Part shown: positions 37,029 to 49,800 of the stretch, piece after piece
Position numbering within the stretch: the stretch's first letter is position 1
Layout of the letters: every line of letters starts with the position of its first letter
DNA from: Saccostrea echinata
Taxonomy: Eukaryota
Reading direction: 5' to 3'
NCBI RefSeq assembly: GCF_033153115.1
Contig: NW_026889803.1
Coordinates: forward strand, 1,674,001-1,738,000
DNA length: 64,000 bases
Notes under the pieces: generated by a model
Database searches by the model: none
Told to the model about the DNA's origin: nothing
Seen by the model: only the letters and a program-made list of their open reading frames with translations
Made by a program: the position numbers and the translations under genes

Positions 37029-40000
37029 ATGGAGGAAGGTTTAGAATTACTGGAACCAACAGAGATGTACAATATGCTTCAACAGGCAACGATTTTCTCT
37101 AACCTAACAGATCCTAATTATATGCTGCTAATGGGTGAATATAAAAACATGCAAAATGTCTCTGCAATTTATTTAAGGAATGTTTTTAATTTTTGTGTGA
37201 TTTATTGGTGTGTAAATCACACAGACTTTTCATGTAGGCATATTTCATGAAGTGCGCTAGTGCTTCATGAAAAATATGCTTACGTGCAAGTCTGTGTAAA
37301 TCACACGGACTTGTCACGTAGGCATGTTTCATGAAGCGCGCTAGCGTTTCATGAAAAATATGCCTACGTGCAAGTCTGTGTGTTTTACACACCAATAACA
37401 CAAAAATTAAAAACATTCCTTATATTTACATTTTACATACTCAATAGCACCAAAAATATACTCAATGTTTGAATTATTCGCTGCCCTATATATCGTTACA
37501 TTTTTATTAACATCTCTGTAGCTTATTGTGATGTCACTTTAGCGCGAGTTTCTCGGTGCATATTTCTGCACATGTGTATACACGAAAATGGCATTCAAAT
37601 CAATTTCACAGTTGGCTTAGTAGAAAAACAAGCAAATGTAAATATTATATGATATAAACATTCTGCATTGTTTAGGCCTAAAGTAAATCTTCCGAGAGAT
37701 CCCCATTCGTTAGTGATGGGACATCGGTTAATTTTCATATTCGATCATCGGTTGGAATCGGTTACTGCTTCTGATGCGATTTTACCGATTATAATCGGTT
37801 GTCATAGTTTTGTATATAAAAAGCAGACTATTACAATTATTTAATATTATTTCTTTAACATGAATATATAAAATATATGATATATTGTTTTCTTTGTTGT
37901 TTTACTGCTTTTACACTTTCTATACATGCACCTTTCGGTTCTTAATCACCTCTGCTTCGTGCTAGTTGGCTAGTATCAGATGCAGACACCATTTTCTTTT
38001 ATTAAGAAGAAATAAATTTTAAACCAGAAATGGATAATTCTTGAATGTATTTTATTAGAAGTATTTCCAATGATCGATTATGAAAAATTATAATCGATCA
38101 TCGGAATTGGTAGCATTTATTCGTCGACAATCGATATTTTCTGATTATCGGTACAACACTACCATTCGTTATTTTCCTGTTGAATGAAGGGAGCTTGTAT
38201 TTACACACTATTAACTATATTAATTTTGTATGAATTTACCAAGTGACTCAATCTAATTAAAATTAGGTGTTCCGAATCCGCTATCACTTCTCAAAAGCGG
38301 TAGCGGATTCGGAACATCTAATTTTAATTAGATTGCCAAGTGACTACAAGACAAAGGTTATGGTATGAGGAATAGTTCTGCCATTATTTGTCAGAAAATT
38401 ATAATTATCTGACAAGTCAACATTATCATCTGGACAACTTGACATTATTATCTGTTGAATTATAATATTTATCTGATAAATGGCTATAATTTATGTTGTC
38501 ATAATTATCTAAGTCGACCTGATTACATGACAAGTCCAGTTATAAATTGATAATTTGTGGAATTAATAGATAATACTGTTGACTTGTTAAGATGTTTTGT
38601 CAACTTGTATGTTATTCCAATTCTCAGATTAATTTTGTTGACTTGTCAGATAATTATGTTGACTTGTCAGATAATTATGTTGACTTGTCATATATTAATA
38701 TTGACTTGTAAGATAATTATGACAACCTGCTAGAAAGTGATGTCAACCTGTTGGATGATTTAATGCTGACTTGTCAGATCCTTATGTTGACCTGTATGAT
38801 CCTTATGTTGATTCGTTGCCAACTGGATATGGCAAAACCTGGGCATGGACATGTTTTCATGTTGATGTTTTAAACACATGAATAAGTGTCAAGTCAACAA
38901 AAAGATTTGGCATGTCAACATAAGCATCTGGAAAGTTGACATCACTTTCTAGCAAGTCATAATTACAGTCAGATTTTGTTATTTTGAACTTAAATAGATC
39001 AAAAGAAACCTTCGAGATATCCAAGTATTTGAAATATTGCAGGTAAAATACCTATAAAGAAAAAGTGCTTGTGACTTCCAAATCATTTCGACATATCTGT
39101 GGTATTCGTACGATGGCCAGATCTTTTTGTTGACTTGACACTTATTCATGTGTTTAAAAATTAATGACAAAAATATGTCAAGCAGAAGATCTCTTGTTAG
39201 AAACTGTCATTTTTGTCAATTTGACAATTTCTCTGCACAAAAAGCAACAAAGCTTTCTGTGCATTATGTACTTGGAGAATTTGTCAATTTGTACAACACC
39301 AGCATAGGTTTTTGTGTATTATGTCTGTGTTAAATTTCACATGTACAAAATACAGTAGGTAAGTTAAATTGTTATGTGATGGCCATTATCAGCCATTGTA
39401 TATTCGATAAATCAATGTTCAAGATACCATTTGCAAAGTTCAGCTGCATCAGAAGATTGTCTATTTGTCAGATAATTATGTTTATTTGTTGGACATGCGT
39501 GTCAACATTTTAGATATTTAAATGACAAGTAGATGAGCTGAAGGTTTCTTTCATTTTCTGCTTTTTTCTGTTCAAAATGGATTGAATTTGAAATTGAAGT
39601 ACATGTATTTGGAATAAAAGATTTCTTTACATTGCTTTCTAGAATTAATGATTTTGCAATATGGGCAAGGCTTATTGCCATTGATATGTGCTTTTAACAT
39701 ACCCCAGCTAAAAAAAGATTGTTTCAAAACACTATCCTACATACAAAATTTCTTGTATTTTCTATTCTTATGTTAATATAGTCATATGATTAGAACTAGT
39801 AATTATGTTTTTTTAATTAAAGCTTAATTTTTTTTATATAGCTAGCAAATTATGATGAAAATGTACCTAGTATGAACTTAGTAATCTGATTTATTGTAAT
39901 TTTAGATGCAAGAAATAAAAATGAGTACAATGAAAGCCATGTTGTTACTGCTAAAAAGGTGCCAAAGGTAAAGTTCAATGATTTTTTACTGCATCTTTGA

Positions 40001-40719
40001 AAAACTTAGTTCAAAAATTAACAAAAATATCTGTTTATTTTACTTTATTTGAATTTTATGAACTGTAATTGTATGCATCAAAAGAATTAAATTATTGTAC
40101 AAATTAAAGATTAAATATACTATGGAATCATAAAAATTTTTGAGGGCCAAATTCATGGCTTGCTTAAATTTTACAGGTTTGTGGGGACGTAATTTTGTGT
40201 ATTCTCTCATATCTACAAATTTTAAAAGAAATCTACCTTTGAAACCCTTGTATTATAATTAATTTGTGGAGGATGTATATTTGTGGATGAGGGGTATCCA
40301 TGAATTCCACGAATATTGAGCCACCATGAAATCTAATGATTCCACAGGAATCTTTGTTAATTTCTGATGCAATTTTTCTGATTTTTTTCTAACTGTTGGG
40401 AAAAAAATATATAATAGCTATAATGCAACCCTTTATTTGTTGAGATAAAAAAAAAACAACAACAAACAAACACATATAGTAACTGTAGCTTTACCTTTAT
40501 TTGCAATTTATTTGAAGAATGAAGATGGTTATTTTGTGTTACCCTATGATGCTGAATTAGAATGTAAACAGAATATTGTGGTGTACGACAGTAATACTTC
40601 TACATTAAGAGAACCAGAGGGTAAGACTATATCATGTCTCAAATAGATGTAAGGAAGACTTTTTGTAAATTATACTTATGAAATATATATATTTTTATAT
40701 TTTTAGCTCACCTGAGCCA

Positions 40720-40761
<42 letters not shown>

Positions 40762-40783
40762 TGTCGTCGTCGGCGTCGTCGGC

Positions 40784-40825
<42 letters not shown>

Positions 40826-42108
40826 AAGAACCACTGGCCCAATTTCAACCAAACTTGCCACAAAGTATCCTTGGGTGAAGGGGATTCAGATTTGTTCAAA
40901 TGAAGGGCCATGCCCTCTTTCAAGGGGAGATAATAAAGAATTAGTGAAAAATTAATAGCATCTTTTAAAAATCTTCTAGTCAAGAACGACAGAGCCAGGG
41001 AAGATGAAACTCATGTGGAAGCATTCTCAGGTAGTGTAGATTCAAGTTTGTTCAAATCATGACCCCCGGGGGTAGGGTGGGGCCACAATGGAGGATCAAA
41101 GTTTTACATAGAAATATATAGGAAAAACCTTTAAAAATCTTCTTCTCAAGAACAGCAAAGCCATGATGAGTCATATTTATATGGAAGCATGCTCAGGTAG
41201 TGTAGATTCAAGTTTGTTCAAATCATGACCCCCCTGGGGTAGGGCGGGGCCACAATGGAGGATCAAAGTTTTACATAGAAATATATAGGAAAAATCTTTA
41301 AAAAATCTTCTTCTCAAGAACAGCAAAGCCCTGATTGGTCATATTTATATGGAAGCATCCTCAGGTAGTAAAAATTCAAATTTGTTCAAATCATGACCCC
41401 TGGGGGTAGGGCGGGGCCACAATGGAGGATCAAAGTTTTACATAGAAATATGTAGGAAAAATTTTAAAAATCTTCTTCTCAGGAACAGCAAAGCCCTGAT
41501 TGATCATATTTATGAGGAAGTATCCTCAGGTAGTGTAAATTCAAGATTGTTCAAATCATGACCCCCTGGGGTAGGGTGGGGCCACAATGGAGGATCAAAG
41601 TCTTAAATAGAAATATATAGTAAAATATCTTCTGATGAAGAACTGCAAAGCCATGATTAGTCATTTTGATATGGAAGCATCCTCAGGTAGTGTAGATTCA
41701 AGTTTGTTAAAATGATGACCCCCGGGGATAGGGATGGGCCACAATGGGGGTCGAAAATTTTACATAGGAACATATAGGAAAATATCCTCTTCTCAAGAAC
41801 TGAAAATTATGTTTAGTCATTTTGATATGGAAGCATCCTCAGATAGTGTAAATTCAAATTCGTTCAAATGATGACCCCTGGGGTAGGGTGGGGCCCAATG
41901 GGGGATCGAAAGTTTTACATAAGAACATACAGAAAAAATATTTCTTCTCAAGAACAGAAAAGCTATGTTTAGTCATATTGATATGGAAGCATCCTCAGGT
42001 AGTGTAGATTCAAGTTTGTTCAAATATTGACCTCTGGGATAGGGAGGAGCCACAATGGGGGATCAAATTTTTTCAAAATTTACTCAAGTACAACAAAGAC
42101 ATTTGTTA

Positions 42109-42144
<36 letters not shown>

Positions 42145-42190
42145 ACCTTTTCAATACTGAACTGATTTGTGCTTTTGCCTAGCCAATGTG

Positions 42191-42231
<41 letters not shown>

Positions 42232-45200
42232 CTGAAATGCAGTTTTGAAGATCATATCTGTTTGAATAGATCCAATTTGCAAACAAATATGTAAACACAA
42301 TAACCTCAATCTCATTTTAAAAATGAACATTTGCACTAATCTCCACATTGTTGTATTCATTCTGTAGCACCTGCTTTAGACTGTGGAAGAATGCTCTGGG
42401 ATATGGGTAGTCGGAACAAAGTAAAAATTCTGAAAGGTATGTGTCCATAAACAGTACACTGGTATGTTTGCCTCATTAGAATGAGGTATGCTTATTAGTC
42501 TTTTGACTTTTCTGGCCATGTGTTTCTTGAGTAAAGATTTTTCAATGACTGTAGCATATTTTTACTACTTGTATTTCTTGATAAGAGGATGTGGCTATTC
42601 AATGGAACAAAACTAAGTCATTTTCACTGATGGGTGCTTTCTTGCAAGTTTAGATGGAACTGGTCCTGTAATTCTGGAGATGAAATTTAAAATATTAAAT
42701 TTACAGATGACAGACCCATAACTTGAACTCTGTGCATTTTCTATGAACAATCCACAGAGTTCCAAATGTCAACATGGCGTTAAATTTGAAGCAAGGAAAA
42801 AACGTTTGAATTTTCGTATTGATATGAATTATTTTTTAGCTTAAAAGGCATATACAATCTCAAAAAGGTTTGTTATGATTAATTTGGTAGTTATTTTCAG
42901 TGCAACTCCTTTTGTACTCTTCAAAATCATTTCGGAGCGGATCCACTCCGATTTGCTACATTGCAAGTATATGGGATGTATTCTAACTGTGGTGAAGGCT
43001 TGTCCCAAGACACAGTTAGATTATTCTAACTAAATCGGAACCCTGTCACTCAGAAAAACTCACTTGAGCCACTGGCTTAGGTGAGCTTAGAAAAACACAC
43101 TTTCTATACATGTACTGGCAAAAATCAGATTTTTACAGAAAACAAAACAAAAAAAAATTATAGAAAATGAAGGACCTATAAATCAAGTACCAGATATATT
43201 CCTCCTTTTTTTGAAATGTAGCAAAGTTTTCAGTCTCCTTTTCCACTTTGGTATGAGAGTTGAAAGCTATATTATATAGCCATTTCAAAATAAGCTTAGC
43301 TTGATTATAAATTTAAATAAAACTTTTTTTTTGGGCGGGGGGGGGGGGGGGGGGGGGGTTCCTTTACTTCAAAGAAAATAAAAGAATATCTTCTTGCAAT
43401 ACACTGATTAGATGGGTTAAAATTAATGTGTATTTAAAATAATATTGTAGTTGATAACACATATATTTCACCTTATTCCTAAAAAGCAAACTTTTTTCAG
43501 GTGGATATGAAGAATTTTCAGCACTCTACCCATTTTTACGGACTCAAAAGATTATGTTTATGCCAAGGGTGAGCCAAATAAAATTATAATTTATAATTAC
43601 TTAAATATTTTTTATACTTGTATTGACTATTCTGATTTTTTGTTTTTTGAAAAAGATCACAACTTGGTTTTCAAGCATAGGGCATAAAAACACATGAGTA
43701 ACATACATGTGCATCTTAATTGTATAATTCTTGTCCTTATATACTTCATTCAGTACTTGTGAAAAGATTTAACACATATAATTGTTTTTTGGCAGGAGAT
43801 GGATGACAACTTGAAACCTTACCCAACAGAAATCATGCCTGGAGTTCTATACCTCGGAAATTGGAGGCAGGGAAATGCTCCATACATTCAGAAAGACTTA
43901 AAAGTCAAAGGACATGTTAACTGTTGTGTGGAGTCAGAAACTTTGTAAGTTTCTCCATAAAAAAAAAATTGCTTGAATATCGATATCCTTATGGTAACAA
44001 ACATGGCATTTTGGATACATTGATGATCTATATCAAGCTTATCAATTCAATAATTACAGGTAGTGATGTTGCCTTTGACATGTAATGGAATATATGTATG
44101 TGATTAATTCTGGTAGTTTGAATTTATTAAGTGAATCCTGTTCAGAATAATTTCCTTCAATATGTTTCAAGAATAGATTTTAAGGGAGATAACTCTTCCA
44201 ATTTCTTAAAGAAATTTGGGTAGCATTTGCATACTGTTTAAATACATGTACATACATATGTATTATGAAATATTTTCTGTATTTTGTTTTTCTTTGAAAG
44301 TTTTTCAGACCCTGGTCCACATTTGCTCCACATTCAGGTGGAAGATGATAATGAGGCAGACCTCTATAGCAAATTCCAAACTGCCTGTACATTTATTGGT
44401 AAATATTTTGTATTGCTTTTTTTTGTGGAAAATTCATAACATTCAGTTTTTTATTTTGTATTGCATTTTTTTGTGGAAAATTCATAACATTCAGGTTTTT
44501 TTTGTTTTTGTTTTTGTTTTTTTTTTTTTGGGGGGGGGGGGGGGGGGGATTACCATTATTGACTGAAAAATGTGTTATGACCCATTTACTGAATAAAATC
44601 AGTACATGTAATTAAATTGTATCTTAATAATCCTAATTTTTCAGATACCCACAAAGACAAAAATGAAGTAGTGCTAGTATTCTCTAATTTAGGAATCAGT
44701 CGGAGTGCCACTATTGTTCTGGCTTATCTCATTTACAAGTTCAAATGGACTCTTCAGGTGAGTGAGTGACTACAGTTCATCACAGAGGATATGCTCTGCT
44801 CTTGCTGAAGAGCCCTACACATCAAGTACATATAGTCATAAGTCGGCTCTGCTTATCAATATCATCAATTTTGTACCCCTACATGCAATTTGTTTTCCTC
44901 TGGCAAAGTCTTAATTTTAAAAATTTATAAGAATTATGACAGTGCTAGTAGATTTTAATCAATGATCAGAAACTCATAATTTGTCAACTCAACCAGATTG
45001 ACTTGGTTTTGATTTTGTTGTACTGAAGCATTCAAAGTTTTGAAGGAGATTTGCCAAGCAAAAAAGTATACATGTATAAGACATGGTTTTGATTCAATAG
45101 ATTATTTATTTTAGGAAGCATACGACCATGTTCTGAAATGCTGCAAAACAATTCGACCAAACAGAGGTTTCATTCAACAGCTATCTAAATGGGAGGAGGC

Positions 45201-45246
45201 AGTTTTAGGAGGAAAAAAGACCAATATCGAGGACCCCAATTTCTAA
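37029..45246 (+). CDS. STYXL1: Serine/threonine/tyrosine-interacting-like protein 1 (MK-STYX; rhodanese domain plus catalytically dead dual-specificity phosphatase domain), 299 aa, 9 exons
   Basis: Exons 37029-37134, 39906-39967, 40518-40620, 42368-42436, 43501-43568, 43796-43944, 44301-44398, 44645-44757, 45115-45246 total 900 nt in frame. Motifs EPTEMYNMLQQ, DARNKNEYNESHVVTA, ILKGGYEEFSALYPFLRTQKI, YPTEIMPGVLYLG, pseudo-active site VLVFSNLGISRS and IRPNRGFIQQLSKWE. Confidence 0.93.
37174..37422. mobile_element. Palindromic MITE with two internal tandem hairpin units
   Basis: taaggaatgtttttaatttttgtgt...acacaaaaattaaaaacattcctta. The internal ~85-bp unit (cacacagact...tgcaagtctgtgt) occurs twice. 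Confidence 0.75.
37711..38161. mobile_element. hAT-type MITE, 8-bp TSD CCATTCGT
   Basis: ccattcgt|tagtgatgggac ... gtacaacacta|ccattcgt, with subterminal atcgg/atcga repeats. Confidence 0.8.
38249..38335. mobile_element. 87-bp fold-back micro-element with 10-bp TSD (Mutator-like)
   Basis: ccaagtgact|caatctaattaaaattaggtgttccgaatccgcta...tagcggattcggaacatctaattttaattagattg|ccaagtgact. Confidence 0.85.
38385..38960. repeat. 21-bp tandem repeat (gacttgtcagataattatgtt) in both orientations, probably subterminal repeats of a DNA element
   Basis: Clear copies at 38640-38720, inverted copies at 38405-38460, and an inverted pair at 38868-38912/39115-39158. Confidence 0.65.
40701..42225 (+). mobile_element. 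Structurally complete HINE/non-autonomous Helentron with 7 Cg170-type units (STYXL1 intron 3)
   Basis: 5' end ttttagctcacctgagccaaaggctcaagtgagct plus a (cgt)n microsatellite; units at ~41017, 41184, 41351, 41516, 41673, 41829, 41985; 3' end gctcaggtgagcgatgtggcccatgggcctcttgtt; inserted in a T run. Confidence 0.9.
42756..43032 (+). repeat. Dispersed ~280-bp repeat, copy 2, inserted in a decayed HINE end
   Basis: Homologous to 19820-20110 and followed by the reversed HINE terminus cacttgagccactggcttaggtgagct. Confidence 0.7.
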
Positions 45247-45685
45247 AACCTGTTTTTTTTCTTGGTACTTTGATTATACTGAAGGAACAGTAAAAAAAGA
45301 CAATTCATTTGAACTATCAAGTCTAATCATGTTGCTCTTGATCTATAATGTATGATTAGAACTGTCAATTCATTTATATTAAATTGTACTTCAAGTCTGA
45401 ATAAAGAAATCAGATTTAATACTATGAAAATACGTGTATGTAGGTAAATTGTACAATACAAATAATTAATAAAAAATCTATTTTTGCTGGGTTGATGTTT
45501 CACTTTTGCATAATACCTTTGCAAGGATATTTTTAAATGGGTGTAATATTTAGTTGTTTTGATTCTGCAGTCATCATTTAGGTAGATCTCATTACTTTTT
45601 TATTGATCAAGAATCAGTCTCCAAAGTGAGCTAACAGTAGTTGCTGACCTAAATGTATATAACATACGTACATGTTTTAAAATGA

Positions 45686-46480
45686 TTTTTAGCTCACCTC
45701 AACAAAGTTGAGATGAGCTGATGCTATACCCCTGGTGTTGGCATCCCAGTTTAGTTTTAGGAGCAGGTCCATTCCCAAGTAACTATAAGCCCTATCTGGA
45801 CCAATCTTGCATGGATGATGCATCGAGGGATGAACACTACCAGACTTGCTTTGGATGCTAGATCAGATTTCCATTTCCCAGATGAATGAACAGGTTAAAG
45901 CTTTTTAAGCTGGTCCATTTTAAGTAACTATAAGATGTACCAGGACCAAACTTGCATGGATGATGCATCTAGGCATGGACAGTATTAGACTTGTTTTAGA
46001 TATCTACATTTTCTGGATTAGAGACAAAGTTAAAAAGTTTTTTTAGTGCAGACTCATTCTCAGGTAACTATAAACCCTACCTTGACCAAACTTGCTTGGA
46101 TAATACATCTAGGGATGCACACTACCAGAATTTTTTTGGATGCTAGATCTGACATTTGCCAAATGAGTGACTGGATTAAAGATTTTGGAGGAGCTCTTCA
46201 AGAAACAATATGGTCTGTTATGAATAAATTTGCAGGGATGATGCATCTAGGGATGGATATTACCAGACTTGCTTGAGATGTTGGATCTGAACTACCTTTT
46301 CTGGATGAGTTATATTCGTGGAGCAGGTACAATCACAACTTTACAAGTAACAATACATCATACAAAACCAAACTGGCATTGATTTTGGGATGCATGCCAA
46401 CTAGAAAAAATTTGGTGCGAGATTTGCTTTACTTATAGAGAACACTCATTAAGGAGAGCTACGTATCTTTGATTACCTAG
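45686..46480 (+). mobile_element. HINE-like element of a third subfamily with ~135-140-bp internal repeats
   Basis: Terminal hairpin tttttagctcacctcaacaaagttgagatgagct. The unit accaaacttgcatggatgatgcatctagggatg..accagacttgct occurs 4-5 times. Confidence 0.65.
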
Positions 46481-46812
46481 GTTTTTTTTTTTTCCAGAAA
46501 TACGCATTTTGCATGATAGGAAAAGTCAGCATTTACATTAACAAAACATATTTCCATGTCATCGAGTACACTCGTATTTAAATGCTTTTATTTTTGGTTA
46601 CACTTGCAATTAATAATTCAAAAACTGCATTACTGTGAATAACTTTAATCACAGTACTCAAATTAGATCTACAAAATAATAAATATTATATCACAACTTT
46701 TCTTGCACTATTTTGAAATGTACAATTATACATTTATTATAGATATGCTGCAGACATAAAAAAGAAGAAGATATTTACAAGTAATATATATGGATGGGGA
46801 CACTTAGGTATA

Positions 46813-49800
46813 TCATGTGTAGGATTCATATCGATCCTGCCAATAGTCACTATCTGGCAAATTTTCCAAGTCTGAAAATTGTTTCAGATGAAATTTTGTC
46901 ACTTGATAATCCACCATGAATCTGATTGCAAAATATCCACAAACAACTTCAAAAATCACAAACAAAGCCATCACAATATGCACCGCTCTCTCTAAAGGAA
47001 GTAAGATGGCGTCCTCATTGAACAGAAGCAGCATTATCAATGGCAACTGTATTAATATAGTTAACAGCCAGGATCCAGCTAACTCAGGAACCTGTAGAGA
47101 AACAGTGGGGATTATTAAGCAAGTATCTAGTAGGATTTTGCTTGATGTGGCAAATGATGAGTAATACATAATGTAGAGAATTTTTAATACCATATCCTCC
47201 TATTACATGTAAGTACCCCTGCCAGTGCTTATAAAATTAGAAAGAAGGAAGTGATTATTAGGTCCGTTATAAAATTTAAGTTTGTGTTTCAAGACATGTA
47301 TAATACTACAATAAATAGATACATTTTTTTTTTTATAAAAGCACACCCATCTAAAATGTATTTTAAAAGTGGTATATGTTCATTCTAAAATGAAATGTGA
47401 CAGCAAGCTATACATTCTCTATCCAGAGTTGTCGTTCCCGCTACGCTCCCACATACACCTCTCTCAACGCCTGTTATACAAGATTCTTGGAAAATTTATA
47501 AAAGATGAAAAATTGTATTATTTATCATTAATTATTATATTTCTTATCGGTAAACAGGATTTATATTAATCTATTACCCATGAAAAGGATTTTTTAATAA
47601 AATTTTTAATAGTTACTGCTCAAAATAGTTCCCTAAAATCTATGAAAATAAATCGTTTTGAGGGATGATAGATTTAAAGGAAATGATAAATTATCATCTT
47701 TATCAATAAGGCCAAACAAAAAAATATGTGTGGTTCCGGTTACACTTCCAAAAAAATTAGGGAAGGTAGGTAGGGAATTTTTTTTTTTTTTTTTATTTTT
47801 TTTTTTTTTTTAACAAAATGATTTTCTTAATTTTTCTAAATAATACCTATCACTGCTTTGCAAATGGCATTTAGATGTGGTATGATAATATACTAGTCAA
47901 TATTGGTAGGGGACACCTACATGCTAGCTTGCTTTGGACTTAATACTATTAAACACTTGCACTATGTTTTGCAAGGAGGCCGTCATTGCTGAAACTAAAT
48001 CTTAAACCGGAGCCATTGATGGAAATCGGGGAAAATTCCGGAAAAAATATGAAAATTGCCCAAAAAAAGTTTAGGGTTGGGGGTATAAAATAGGGAAGGT
48101 CGGGTAACCGGAACCACACATATTTTTTTTATTTGGCCTAATTACGAAAGTTAATTATGATTTTATTATCAAATTTTCACCGTTTAAAACTTGTATACAA
48201 GAATTTTGTACAACGAGCGTTGATGGAAGTGTTGGTAGCATAGCGATAGAAAACTCTGGATAGAGAATGCAAGCTATATATATATCATATTAAGGAGACA
48301 TAAATAACGTACCGGTAAACCACTTAATTAGAAATTAGATTAATAAATATTGTCAATGCACAGTGGTATAATCCTGTTAAATTATAAGATAAGAATTTCA
48401 CGAAGGGGGACCTTATGAATGGATGAATAAAAGGTCCCAGTAGGGTGCTTACAGGGGCTTAATGGGCATATATGGTACACTTTTTTTAAAGGGGCATGGA
48501 CACACTTGCATAGCTGTTTTGTTGACAATTTTAATTTCTATTTTTATTTGAAAAATAGCCTTAGTTTAATGACTTGAATTCAAATGAAAATTCCTAATAT
48601 TCAATGACAATGGCATTCTTTAAAACCTTACACAAAACACTGGAGTTTGTAAACATTGGCACGAGCTTTGTTTTTGTTAACATTTACGTTATACCAGATT
48701 TCTTTGATTTGTTGACGTTGCTTACATCACCAACCACAATCTGACAACACTGTTATGTTGGTTTAGCTTTCTCACATTTCTTTTTAAATTACTTTTCCTG
48801 ATTCCAGTTTTAATTTATTTTATTAATGCACCTCAGATTTCCCACTTTCCTTGAATATTAAGGATAAATTTTAGTTTATGAAACTGCAAGGATGTACAGT
48901 CAAGGGACCAGGGATGGGGTAATTGAAAAAAGTAATTGTAATTGACTGTAATTAATTACATTTTTTGAGGTAATTGGAAGTAATTTGTAATTGAACATTT
49001 TTTCAATTACTTGTAATTGTAATTTAATTAATTACACTGAAAAAATACCATGTAATTTCAATTACTTTTTCAATTACATTCAATTACTTTATATGATACA
49101 CATTCATGATATATTCATGATATATCATCACCACTACCTCCCCATTTTACTGCATGGTTTTTATTTTATTGTTTAACATATATCCTCAATCCTTCAATTA
49201 TACAAAGTCTTAGGTTAATGCTTACAAAAAAATAATTAAATGATTGGCTTGATAATAATAAACTGGTTTCTTTCTAATCATTATGTAAATTTTGAATTTT
49301 TTGATCTATATTTATAAATATGAATTTTGAACCTTCCTTCTTAGGTCTATTCAGCTATGAAACACACATTTATTATATTTCAGTCTTTGTTGTTTGATCA
49401 ATAATAAAGTAAAAGAAGGTGTGTGTCATTAATAAGTTCTCTCTTGTTGGGAAGAGATAATTGCCCTCCAGATCACAGCTTTAAATTGCAATCAAAACAA
49501 ATCAACTCCTCGAAAGAGATATTCATTCCATGATTTAGAAGACAAAGCCAATGGAGATAATTATTTCAATTTAAAATGTTCCGCTAGCTTTAGAAAAAAA
49601 ACTTTCAATTTGATAATTACTTTAACATCTAAACAGATTTTTATGAATGAATTTTCTATCTGTACAATTCTGATTTAGGAAGTAAAATTGTTCAACATAA
49701 ATAGCAATTTAGGATGTTCAGGTTACCTTCAAATGAAATATTTAATTTGAAGGGTTACAGTTACGACTCATTTCACTCTATTAAAATACTCATTTTTAAT

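Noticed and set aside
44404-44494. ~47-bp direct duplication at the start of STYXL1 intron 7
   Set aside because: Purely intronic two-copy slippage that does not include the donor; no evidence of function.
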